The notes under the pieces: generated by a model | The model's database searches: none | What the model was told of the DNA's origin: nothing | Seen by the model: the letters and a program-made list of their open reading frames with translations, nothing else | NCBI GenBank assembly: GCA_021739695.1 | Contig: JAIPBM010000021.1 | Location: 4,472-68,471 of the forward strand | Source of the DNA: Flavobacteriales bacterium | GTDB lineage: Bacteria > Bacteroidota > Bacteroidia > UBA10329 | Reading direction: 5' to 3' | Length of the DNA: 64,000 nucleotides | Part shown: positions 34,501 to 42,420 of the stretch, piece after piece | Layout: the number at the start of each line of letters is the position of its first letter | How positions within the stretch are numbered: position 1 is the first letter of the stretch | Translations under genes and position numbers: made by a program

Positions 34501-36487
34501 TCAGCAGAGCGGAAACATCGTTTTCAACGGAGATTTCTCACAGGGCAATGTGGGCTTCGGAAGCGACTACACCTATTATAGTGGCGGACCGAATATGGGT
34601 GAAGGGCTGTATGCCGTTGAGACAGATGCGAATGCGGTTCACAACGCTTTCCAAGGCACAGGTCACACCGGCAACGCCCCACAGGACAGTTTCATGGTGG
34701 TGAACGGAGCAGGCATACCGAACCAGAATGTCTGGTGTCAGACCGTATCGGTGAGCCCTAACACGGACTATTATTTTGGAGCATGGGTAAGCACAATGGT
34801 TGCCAGCAGCCCAGCCATCCTTCAGTTCTCGATCAACGGACAGGTACTCGGCTCACCGTTCAGCGCCCCGTTCAACACGAACAACTGGGTACAGTTCTTC
34901 CAGACATGGAACTCAGGCAATGCCACCACAGCCACCATCTGCGTGGTGAACCAGAACACCAACACGGGCGGAAACGACTTCGGATTGGACGACATCACGT
35001 TCAGCACGTTCTGCACGAACACGGCCGAAGTGACCGTTACAGTGAACCCACTTCCACAGGCAGATGCAGGAGCCGATCAGGCCATCTGTATCGGAGAGAC
35101 GACCCAGTTGGAAGGATCTGGAGGAAGCACCTATGAGTGGGTTCCACCGATAGGGATCAGCGATCCGACCGACCCGAACACGGACGCATCACCGATCACC
35201 ACCACCAATTACACGCTCATCGTAAGAGACAACATCGGTTGCGAGGCCACCGATCAGATGACGCTGACGGTGAACCCATTGCCACAGGCCAATGCAGGTC
35301 CCGACCATGCGATATGCATCGGAGAGAGCGTAGTACTACAAGGCTCTGGCGGCACGGTCTATCAATGGTTCCCGACCACGTATCTGGACGATCCGACCGC
35401 ACAACTGCCGATCTCCACAGCAGAGGCGACCACGACCTACACGCTAACGGTGATAGACAATAACGCGTGTGTGAACACGGATCAGACCACAGTGACGGTA
35501 AATCCGCTACCGATAGTGGATGCAGGACAGGACAGCATGATCTGCGCCAATGCCACCATCGTGCTACAGGCAAGCGGAGCAAACACATATCTGTGGAGTC
35601 CACTTGTGGGTCTGAGCGATCCTCAAAGTGCGAGTCCATCAGCATCACCGACCAACGGAACGACCTATTACGTGACCGGAACGGATGTGAACGGTTGTTC
35701 GAATATGGATTCGGTTTCAATCATGATTTTCGGTGTTGCTGCCAATTCGGGCGACTACGTGATCTGTCTGAATGATAGTGTTCAAGCAACGGTTCTTGGC
35801 GGGTCAAGTTATGTTTGGACACCAACTTTAGGTGTAAGTGATTCAACCTCCAATGCGCCATATCTTAGCCCCGAAACGAGTACGAACTACATCATTTCGG
35901 TTACAAGTGCATTTGGATGTTTGGCTGAAACCGAAGTCAATGTTCAGGTTCTAAGCTTACCCATTGCAGGGTTCACTGCTGCGTTTGAACCAAGCTGTGA
36001 TGGGATTTTCGCAAGTTTCAACAACACATCTGAAAACACACAAACCTATTCTTGGAATTTTGGTGACGGCACGTTTTCCTCCTCAATGGAACCAACTCAC
36101 ATTTATGCAGTTGGATCTGGAAATGTGGTGACCTTGGTGGCTTACAATAATGATAGTCTGTGCGTGGATTCAATGACCATTGATTATTCCGGTCAATGGT
36201 TTGGGAATGATAGCGTGACCATTGATTATTCAAATGTCTTCACCCCAAATTTTGATGGGATAAACGATTGTTTCAAACCCGATTTTGACGGTCGGTTCAG
36301 CGAATGTTACGAACTGAAGGTTTATAATCGATGGGGCGAGCTCTTGTTTGAATCAGTTGCTGGGCAGAATCACTGTTGGGACGGAAGGACCAAAGGTGGC
36401 AATATGGTACCCGAAGGAACGTATTACTACATATCCGTCATTCATGGCATGGATCATGCGGGATACGTGACGGTCATTTATCAATGA
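31586..36487 (+). CDS. giant T9SS cargo adhesin (1633 aa) with a conserved N-terminal domain, about 16 SprB-type repeats, an internal CBM4/9-like insert and a C-terminal gliding-motility/T9SS type B sorting domain
   Basis: Signal peptide followed by an N-terminal domain (HIVGGELVYNYLG ... YRDC ... EYRNGVLLGETRRGIQVNVVNC). The body is repeated roughly 77-aa units (AGxDxxIC.G.S.QL.A.GG..Y.W.P..GLS.PN..NP.A.P..TTTY.V..TD.NGC..D.V.V.V). The C-terminus (YSNVFTPNFDGINDCF ... YNRWGELLFES ... EGTYYY) matches the Bacteroidota gliding-motility-associated C-terminal sorting domain. Confidence 0.85.
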   Translation: MKRLLLLFSTIFFLGFQNASATHIVGGELVYNYLGNSQYAVTLVIYRDCLSGTADFDDPAAVGIFNSSGTLLQNLNFNLDSVVSIQSSINSSCVTAPSNVCTEAGYYTEIVTLPPIAGGYTISYQRCCRNAVVQNIQNPGDVGATYVATIPGTESSPANSSPFWNNLPPLYVCVNLPWQFNHSAFDADGDVLVYSLCNPYEGATANAPQPDPPAAPPYTPITWAAPYSLTDMMGGTVPLTIDPVTGELNATPTSVGTYVIGMCVQEYRNGVLLGETRRGIQVNVVNCQAPVAFPDDVNEISPTSFINCTEFVEFNAFNSAGFSVWWDFGDPTTTSDQSTIQNPTWTYPGPGVYDLTLVVYNPINPNDPLCTDTVVQQVTVQDTVIPDAGPDQSTCPGIPVQIGTPAVPGWTYQWTPATGLDNANIAQPTASITQQIVYTLTATDAVGCSGSDAVTIGLLSNPGANAGADVQICSGDSVQLNATGGVDYLWFPFTFIDDNTIANPFVFPPTSTEYIVGVTSSDGCVGVDTVLVEVLSAQLQVSSNVDICFGDSTQLSASGAVTYLWSPNQDISDVNSSSPFVSPTVTTIYTVDAITGNGCEVSGAVEVTVNALPNVNAGLDVSICDGESTLLGAIGANSYTWSPSASLDNPNSQGPLASPVSTTTYVVEGTSSLGCTDLDTVVVTVNALPLVNAGVDQTLCLGQSVQLTVTGADTYQWTPSTGLSDSNIPNPTAQPTQATTYVVEGTDVNGCTGTDTVLVDVFTVSATADTTICIGDQAQLGAFGGTSWSWTPTTGLSDPSAQFPTADPTTTTTYTVIADDGTGCLASDDVTVTVSPLPTVFAGFDQGVCAGNQAQLNATGGVGYVWTPAAGLSNPNISNPVVTFSTDTITYQVTVTDNIGCSNTDAVTVWQEPLPEALAGPDTTICVGGSVELFATGGQTYIWSPTSGLNNPTSQNPTATPLTTTTYTVTVGQQSGNIVFNGDFSQGNVGFGSDYTYYSGGPNMGEGLYAVETDANAVHNAFQGTGHTGNAPQDSFMVVNGAGIPNQNVWCQTVSVSPNTDYYFGAWVSTMVASSPAILQFSINGQVLGSPFSAPFNTNNWVQFFQTWNSGNATTATICVVNQNTNTGGNDFGLDDITFSTFCTNTAEVTVTVNPLPQADAGADQAICIGETTQLEGSGGSTYEWVPPIGISDPTDPNTDASPITTTNYTLIVRDNIGCEATDQMTLTVNPLPQANAGPDHAICIGESVVLQGSGGTVYQWFPTTYLDDPTAQLPISTAEATTTYTLTVIDNNACVNTDQTTVTVNPLPIVDAGQDSMICANATIVLQASGANTYLWSPLVGLSDPQSASPSASPTNGTTYYVTGTDVNGCSNMDSVSIMIFGVAANSGDYVICLNDSVQATVLGGSSYVWTPTLGVSDSTSNAPYLSPETSTNYIISVTSAFGCLAETEVNVQVLSLPIAGFTAAFEPSCDGIFASFNNTSENTQTYSWNFGDGTFSSSMEPTHIYAVGSGNVVTLVAYNNDSLCVDSMTIDYSGQWFGNDSVTIDYSNVFTPNFDGINDCFKPDFDGRFSECYELKVYNRWGELLFESVAGQNHCWDGRTKGGNMVPEGTYYYISVIHGMDHAGYVTVIYQ
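32740..35960 (+). repeat. intragenic tandem array of SprB-type protein repeats, about 231 bp each (diverged at the DNA level)
   Basis: Recurrent translated pattern with conserved Cys, GG..Y.W.P, TTTY and TD.NGC. Confidence 0.6.
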
Positions 36488-37206
36488 GACAATTACCCGT
36501 TTTTCTTTTTCTCCTTTTCCCGTTCTCAGTATTCGCTCAAAGCTCGGACACAGCCAAGTTTGTACTTGGGAAAGTTGAATACGCCCAGCATTCGGAGTTT
36601 GTAAAAATCCCACAAGCCTACGCCAATAAGGAAGGAATGTATCTGCGGAAAGAAGCCTTGGACGCATTCATTCTGATGCGAAAGAAAGCGCAGACTGATG
36701 GCGTGAATCTGACCATCATTTCTGCTTGTAGGAACTTTAATCATCAGAAAAGTATTTGGGAAGCCAAGTGGAATGGCAGCCGTAAAGTAGGAGGGAAGGA
36801 TCTGAGCCAATCAATTCCTAATGCTGCGGAACGCGCCAAGGAAATCCTAAAATACAGTTCTATGCCAGGTACTTCGCGCCATCATTGGGGAACAGACATT
36901 GATGTCAATTCCTTGAGTTCAGCTTATTTTGAATCGGGAAAAGGGAAGAAGGAATATGAATGGCTGCGTGATAATGCGCTGGAATTTGGATTCTGTCAGG
37001 TTTATTCGGAGAAAGGAAACGAGCGGAAACACGGCTACGAGGAGGAAAAATGGCACTGGAGTTATGTGCCGTTATCTTCCCGATACTTGGCTTACTACAA
37101 ACGAAATATCAAGCAAACGGACATACAAGGGTTTGATGGGGCAGATGCGCTTCCGTTCAGCGAGATCCGAAAATATGTATTAGGTATTTCTACCGATTGC
37201 AAATAA
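36484..37206 (+). CDS. peptidase M15B-like D-alanyl-D-alanine carboxypeptidase family protein (VanY-like)
   Basis: Signal peptide (MRQLPVFLFLLFPFSVFAQS) and the zinc-ligand motifs SRHHWGTDIDV and EEEKWHWSY typical of M15B/VanY. The start ATG overlaps the adhesin stop (ATGA), which suggests translational coupling. Confidence 0.7.
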   Translation: MRQLPVFLFLLFPFSVFAQSSDTAKFVLGKVEYAQHSEFVKIPQAYANKEGMYLRKEALDAFILMRKKAQTDGVNLTIISACRNFNHQKSIWEAKWNGSRKVGGKDLSQSIPNAAERAKEILKYSSMPGTSRHHWGTDIDVNSLSSAYFESGKGKKEYEWLRDNALEFGFCQVYSEKGNERKHGYEEEKWHWSYVPLSSRYLAYYKRNIKQTDIQGFDGADALPFSEIRKYVLGISTDCK

Positions 37207-37238
37207 AAAAGGTCGTCTCATTTGAGACGGCCTTTTCT
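37205..37238. terminator. bidirectional rho-independent terminator
   Basis: 11-bp stem AGGTCGTCTCA-(tt)-TGAGACGGCCT, flanked by an A-tract on the 5' side and TTTT on the 3' side. It lies between convergent genes ending at 37206 (plus) and 37256 (minus). Confidence 0.65.
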
Positions 37239-37255
37239 ACTGCTGAATGATATTC

Positions 37256-38056
37256 TTAGTTCTTCATGAATTTTTGAACACCCATTACAGAACCTTGAGA
37301 TTGAAATTCCAAGATGTAAGCTCCGAATGCGATGTCAGAAACTGTAAGGTCCAATCGCTGATTTCTGCTAGTTGGAATCACTCGGATAGATTGTCCCATT
37401 GCATTGCGGATCACGATCATATCAACCAAATCGTTGGCAGTGCCGAGATTGATTGCCAAATGGTCTGTTGCAGGATTTGGGAAGATTGAAATACCATGCT
37501 CTGAAAGGAAATCTGAGCTGATTGAAGCTGGATTTGTAGCGATGGCGTTATTCACAGCACTCACCATTCCAGCAAGGTTTTGATTCCAAACATCGGCAGT
37601 GATTTCTCTGTCTGCAGGACGAATTACACTGATTGTTGGAAATCCATCTGGCCAATAAACACTTCCAGAAAGCGAAAGTGGAGCTGACTCATCCACAATT
37701 GGATAATTGGCATCAGTAACCCAATCGCCTTGCGTGTTGCTGCCAGTTCCATTCAGGTCTGCAGTATTCGTACTAGCATCGGCTTCGTAGAAGATGACAC
37801 GAATCTGATTGGTTCCAGTTGGCCCCATTTGCGTGTTCAGGTCATTCAGGTAATTAGCATTGTGAACACTCCAGCAGGTACCGCACCAAGTTGCAGATGC
37901 ATCTAGCACAACCACATAGCCTTGATCCAAAATCCCGTATAGATGATGTGTTTGACCGTCAATGTCGGTCACTGTGAAATCAGGAGCAGTTCCCATTTGG
38001 GCGTAGCTTCCAGATGACACAATAATTGAAGAAATTAGAAGTAATAGTTTTTTCAT
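37256..38056 (-). CDS. thioredoxin-like (TlpA/redoxin, WCGTC) protein with a T9SS type A C-terminal sorting domain
   Basis: Signal peptide followed by a thioredoxin-fold CxxC motif (DASATWCGTCW). The C-terminal 80 aa (ISIFPNPATDHLAINLG ... VIRNAMGQSI ... GAYILEF) matches the Por/T9SS secretion C-terminal domain. Confidence 0.7.
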   Translation of the reverse strand: MKKLLLLISSIIVSSGSYAQMGTAPDFTVTDIDGQTHHLYGILDQGYVVVLDASATWCGTCWSVHNANYLNDLNTQMGPTGTNQIRVIFYEADASTNTADLNGTGSNTQGDWVTDANYPIVDESAPLSLSGSVYWPDGFPTISVIRPADREITADVWNQNLAGMVSAVNNAIATNPASISSDFLSEHGISIFPNPATDHLAINLGTANDLVDMIVIRNAMGQSIRVIPTSRNQRLDLTVSDIAFGAYILEFQSQGSVMGVQKFMKN

Positions 38057-38128
38057 CGTGTTTTTTTAAGGTTGATAACTCCGTAAATCTAACGAACAGA
38101 TCAGAATAGGTTCTCGAAAGTCAAATCA

Positions 38129-38136
38129 TATTTTTG
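38129..38136 (+). promoter_or_regulatory. candidate -7 promoter element (TATTTTTG) upstream of guaA
   Basis: Matches TAnnTTTG, 52 nt upstream of the guaA start. Confidence 0.25.
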
Positions 38137-38187
38137 CCAAGTGTCGGTAGACGTACAATAAACCGACAGTACTTTACCTGATTTATC

Positions 38188-39720
38188 TTGATGCAAGAGA
38201 CCATTCTGATACTCGATTTCGGTTCGCAATACACCCAGCTCATAGCGCGTAGAGTTCGCGAGTTGAACGTTTACTGCGAAATTTATCCCTTCAATAAAAT
38301 CCCAGCTATCACGAGCGATATAAAAGGAGTGATTCTTTCTGGAAGCCCATCTTCCGTAAGAGACGAAGGTGCACCAGCGCCTGATCTTAGTGGAATACGA
38401 GGAAAACTTCCACTTCTTGGCGTTTGCTACGGAGCACAATATTTGGCTCAGGCCGACGGAGGAAGTGTAGAGGCTTCTAATTCGCGAGAGTATGGCAGGT
38501 CGAACCTTTCGTTTTCTGATGGTGCAAACGCGTTGATGAAAGGTGTTCCTGAAACATCGCAAGTGTGGATGTCGCACGGAGATACCATCAAAAAACTGCC
38601 GAATGGAGCGAAACTGATCGGAAGTACCAAAGATGTGGAAGTGGCTGCTTTCTGTTTTTCGGGAGAAGAAACCTACGGTATTCAATTCCATCCAGAAGTG
38701 ACGCATTCCATTGATGGACTCACTTTGCTTCGGAATTTTGTAGTTGGTATTTGCGGCTGCGATCAATCTCACACCGCAGATTCTTTCATTGATAGCACTG
38801 TTGCTCAGCTGAAATCACAATTGGGTGATGACAAAGTGGTTCTTGGTCTTTCGGGCGGAGTGGACAGTAGCGTGGCTGCCATGCTGCTTGATAAAGCAAT
38901 TGGCAAGAATCTGTACTGCATTTTTGTAGACAATGGTCTTCTTCGTAAAAACGAGTTTGAAACAGTTCTTCAAACCTATCAAGGTTTGGGATTGAATGTA
39001 AAAGGAGTGGATGCCAAATCCGAATTTTTGGATGAATTGGCTGGTGTTTTTGATCCTGAGACCAAACGAAAGATCATTGGTCGTGTGTTCATCGAAGTAT
39101 TCGATCAGGAAGCAAAGCGAATTCAAGATGTGAAATGGTTGGCTCAGGGAACGATCTACCCCGATGTGATTGAATCGATTTCGGTGAATGGACCTTCAGC
39201 AACCATCAAGTCACATCATAATGTTGGTGGTTTGCCTGATTTTATGAAGCTCAAAGTGGTGGAGCCTTTGAACACGCTTTTCAAAGACGAAGTGCGCGAA
39301 GTGGGTAAACATCTCGGCTTGCCAGAGCGCTTGTTGGGCAGACATCCATTTCCAGGTCCAGGTCTGGCCATTCGTATTTTGGGAGATATCACTCCTGAGA
39401 AGATCAGAATTCTTCAAGAAGTCGATCATATTTTCATTTCGTCTCTGCTGGAAGCAGATCTGTACGATGATGTGTGGCAGGCTGGCGCTATCTTCTTACC
39501 CGTCAATTCTGTTGGAGTTATGGGAGACGAGCGAACCTATGAGAACGCGGTCTGTCTGCGAGCGGTGTCATCAAGAGATGGCATGACCGCAGATTGGTGT
39601 CATTTGCCTTATGAGTTCCTTGCCAAGGTTTCGAATGAAATAATTAACAAGGTCAGGGGCATCAATCGGGTGGTTTATGACATATCTTCAAAACCTCCTG
39701 CAACAATAGAATGGGAATAA
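38188..39720 (+). CDS. guaA: GMP synthase (glutamine-hydrolysing)
   Basis: GATase domain ([20 protein letters not shown] ... GVCYGAQ). ATP-PPase P-loop (SGGVDSSV). Conserved C-terminal dimerisation domain. Confidence 0.9.
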   Translation: MMQETILILDFGSQYTQLIARRVRELNVYCEIYPFNKIPAITSDIKGVILSGSPSSVRDEGAPAPDLSGIRGKLPLLGVCYGAQYLAQADGGSVEASNSREYGRSNLSFSDGANALMKGVPETSQVWMSHGDTIKKLPNGAKLIGSTKDVEVAAFCFSGEETYGIQFHPEVTHSIDGLTLLRNFVVGICGCDQSHTADSFIDSTVAQLKSQLGDDKVVLGLSGGVDSSVAAMLLDKAIGKNLYCIFVDNGLLRKNEFETVLQTYQGLGLNVKGVDAKSEFLDELAGVFDPETKRKIIGRVFIEVFDQEAKRIQDVKWLAQGTIYPDVIESISVNGPSATIKSHHNVGGLPDFMKLKVVEPLNTLFKDEVREVGKHLGLPERLLGRHPFPGPGLAIRILGDITPEKIRILQEVDHIFISSLLEADLYDDVWQAGAIFLPVNSVGVMGDERTYENAVCLRAVSSRDGMTADWCHLPYEFLAKVSNEIINKVRGINRVVYDISSKPPATIEWE

Positions 39721-39733
39721 TGCTTGTTTAGCA

Positions 39734-41407
39734 TTGGATATGCGATCTGTTTTATTCATACTTCTTGCCTTTTTGCTGAATCTATATAATGGATTTGCGC
39801 AGGATGTTGCAGTTCAATTAAGCGATAGTATCGCCAAAATTGAAGGCAATGTTTACATCATTCATGTGGTGCAACCCAAGCAAACGTTATTCTCCATTGC
39901 AAAAGCTTACGAAGTAAAACTAAGCCGCATTGCATTCGATAACCCGGGTGTTCTGGACGGGTTGAAGCTTGATCAGCCGTTAAGAATTCTTAAAAGTGCG
40001 ATGGGCGAAACGCAGCCAACCGAGTCCACCAAAGAGACGCTGGAATTGGACGGCCACTATGTGCTTTATACCGTGCCAAAGCAGCAAACGTTGTATGCAA
40101 TTTCCAAAGAGTACAACACAACGGTTAGCGCTATAATTGATGCGAATCCAGAGCTTTCGGAAGGATTGAAAGTTGGCTCCACCATTCGGATTCCAACCCC
40201 CAAGATTTTTGGAGATGGAAATAAAGAAGGAGAGAGGAAGGATGTGAAAATGGAGATGGTCGGATTGCCGGACATCGTGAAGCGTAAAGAGTTCGTTACG
40301 CAAGCGGAAACGAGTTCAGGCAAAGCTTATACCATTGCTTTGATGTTGCCTTTGTATCTGGATATGAATGATACAATCGAAGCGAAGCGAATTCAGGAAC
40401 AGCCAGAAGAGATCTACGAAAAATCAGAAATCGCTCTTCAATTCTATGAAGGATTTCTAATGGCCATGGATTCTTTGAATGCCATTGGTTATAATGTGAA
40501 GCTTAAGGTCATTGATACAGAAAACCGTGCTTGGAAAGTAAAGCGGATAGCAGAAACGGGCGGATTGAAAAATGTTGACCTTATAATTGGCCCTTTCTAT
40601 TCGAAGGTTTTTTCTGAAGCGGCTGCTTACGCCAATCAGAGCTGTGTGCCAATTGTTTCTCCCACAATTAAGGGCTCAAACATCATTCTTAATTCTCCAA
40701 ACGTATTCAAAATGATTGCTGCGGATGATGCGATGATAGGAGAAATGGGTCGCTACCTCGGTGCATCAGATTCAACCAACAATATGATTTTGCATTATGG
40801 TGCTGCCGATGAGCTTGCAATGGTTGAAAGGTTTAGAAGTGGTCTGAAAGCAAGAGGAGGGAAACCGGTTTCCTTCAGATCCTACAACATTTATACCTCT
40901 GGATCGGATTCCATCCGAAATCATCTATCGCATGCCAAGCGAAACAACATCGTGGTGTTGAGTAACAATCAGGTAAAATTGGCTAGTCTTATCAAGAAGA
41001 TTTCATCGTGGGCAGAAGACGATTACATAGTGGCTTACGCTCCGAACACGTGGCAAACCTTCAAAAATCTCGAGATCGATTATTTCGATAAGCTGAGATT
41101 GCATATGCCGGTTCCGTTTCATGTCAATTACGAAAGGCTGGACGTGGAATACTTCGTTCTGAATTTTAGAGAAAAGTTCAATGCCGAGCCAAGTTCATTT
41201 GCTTTCAGAGGCTACGATCTTGCCATGCATTTTATCCGGAATTTGGATGGGATAAAATCGCAAGGTGTGGATTACATGCAGCAGGTGCGCGAAACGGGAT
41301 TACAATCGTCATTTTCGTGGTCAAAAGTTCCAGATGGTGGATTCGAGAATTCCCATGCAATTATGGTTGACTACACTGACCTCGAACTAAAAATTGCCAC
41401 AGATTGA
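39734..41407 (+). CDS. LysM domain-containing protein fused to a periplasmic-binding-protein-like domain
   Basis: Two LysM motifs (YIIHVVQPKQTLFSIAKAYEVKLSRIAFDNP and YVLYTVPKQQTLYAISKEYNTTVSAIIDANP) followed by a type-I PBP-like alpha/beta region. Confidence 0.65.
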   Translation: MDMRSVLFILLAFLLNLYNGFAQDVAVQLSDSIAKIEGNVYIIHVVQPKQTLFSIAKAYEVKLSRIAFDNPGVLDGLKLDQPLRILKSAMGETQPTESTKETLELDGHYVLYTVPKQQTLYAISKEYNTTVSAIIDANPELSEGLKVGSTIRIPTPKIFGDGNKEGERKDVKMEMVGLPDIVKRKEFVTQAETSSGKAYTIALMLPLYLDMNDTIEAKRIQEQPEEIYEKSEIALQFYEGFLMAMDSLNAIGYNVKLKVIDTENRAWKVKRIAETGGLKNVDLIIGPFYSKVFSEAAAYANQSCVPIVSPTIKGSNIILNSPNVFKMIAADDAMIGEMGRYLGASDSTNNMILHYGAADELAMVERFRSGLKARGGKPVSFRSYNIYTSGSDSIRNHLSHAKRNNIVVLSNNQVKLASLIKKISSWAEDDYIVAYAPNTWQTFKNLEIDYFDKLRLHMPVPFHVNYERLDVEYFVLNFREKFNAEPSSFAFRGYDLAMHFIRNLDGIKSQGVDYMQQVRETGLQSSFSWSKVPDGGFENSHAIMVDYTDLELKIATD

Positions 41408-42306
41408 GTTTGAACAAGGAAGAAATTGCCAGTTGGTTCCAGGGCTTGCAACAGCACATTTGCACGGAGCTTGAGAAAGAAGATGGCAAAGCCAAGTTTG
41501 AGGAAGATATTTGGACAAGACCAGGTGGAGGAGGAGGCCGAACTCGCGTTATCCAACACGGAAATGTTTTCGAAAAAGGTGGCGTGAATTTTTCGGCAGT
41601 TCATGGCGAACTTGGTGAAAATATCGTTCGGGCTTTGGGTGTAAAATCCAACGTCTTTTTTGCAACAGGCGTTTCAATCGTCATTCACCCCATCAATCCC
41701 TTTGTTCCGATCATTCACATGAATGTTCGCTATTTCGAGTTGGGCGATGGTACCTATTGGTTTGGTGGAGGAATTGACCTTACACCTCATTACATCTTTG
41801 ACGACAACGCTCAATATTTTCACACGGCATTGAAGCAAACCTGTGACCGATTTGATTCAGCGTATCACCCAAAATTTAAAAATTGGGCTGACGATTATTT
41901 TTTCATTCCTCACCGAAAAGAAACACGTGGAGTTGGCGGCATTTTCTTCGATCGCCTGATGGAAAACGATTCGAAATCGAAAACTGATATCTGGAATTTT
42001 GTGCAAGCAGTTGGAGAAACTTTCGCGCCCACTTACCGCCACATCGTTTCTGCCAATAAGGCCAAAACGTTCACTGAATCCAACATGAAATGGCGCAATG
42101 TGCGGAGAGGTCGCTACGTGGAGTTCAATTTGGTGTACGATAAGGGAACGAAATTCGGTTTGGAGACCGATGGAAGGATCGAATCGATATTGATGAGTCT
42201 GCCTGAAAATGCATCTTGGATATATAATTTTCAAACCGAAGCAGGCAGTTTGGAGGAACGAACTCAGAGCCTTTTGGTCAAAGGGCTAGATTGGATTCAA
42301 TCTTAA
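41404..42306 (+). CDS. hemF: oxygen-dependent coproporphyrinogen III oxidase
   Basis: WTRPGGGGGRTRV, HPINPFVPIIHMNVRYFE and YVEFNLVYDKGTKFGL are classic HemF blocks. The start overlaps the preceding stop. Confidence 0.85.
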   Translation: MSLNKEEIASWFQGLQQHICTELEKEDGKAKFEEDIWTRPGGGGGRTRVIQHGNVFEKGGVNFSAVHGELGENIVRALGVKSNVFFATGVSIVIHPINPFVPIIHMNVRYFELGDGTYWFGGGIDLTPHYIFDDNAQYFHTALKQTCDRFDSAYHPKFKNWADDYFFIPHRKETRGVGGIFFDRLMENDSKSKTDIWNFVQAVGETFAPTYRHIVSANKAKTFTESNMKWRNVRRGRYVEFNLVYDKGTKFGLETDGRIESILMSLPENASWIYNFQTEAGSLEERTQSLLVKGLDWIQS

Positions 42307-42328
42307 GAATTTTCAGTTCATTTTTGGC

Positions 42329-42336
42329 TATTTTTG
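42329..42336 (+). promoter_or_regulatory. candidate -7 promoter element (TATTTTTG) upstream of adhesin 2
   Basis: Matches TAnnTTTG about 85 nt upstream of 42421. A second near-copy CATTTTTG lies 10 nt further upstream. Confidence 0.25.
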
Positions 42337-42420
42337 GTTGATATGTTCGTGGCTTTATGAAGCAACCGAAGCGTTCATAGGTCGTTATTGAAATGGCTGT
42401 CGCCCAGCCATTCGCTTGAA

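Noticed and set aside
34783-35775. Several 100-170-aa ORFs (both strands) rich in Arg, His and Pro
   Set aside because: Artefacts of the GC-rich block inside the adhesin gene. They are out of frame with the continuous SprB-repeat reading frame.
38101-38772. 223-aa minus-strand ORF
   Set aside because: Antisense to the strongly conserved guaA N-terminus. No motif.
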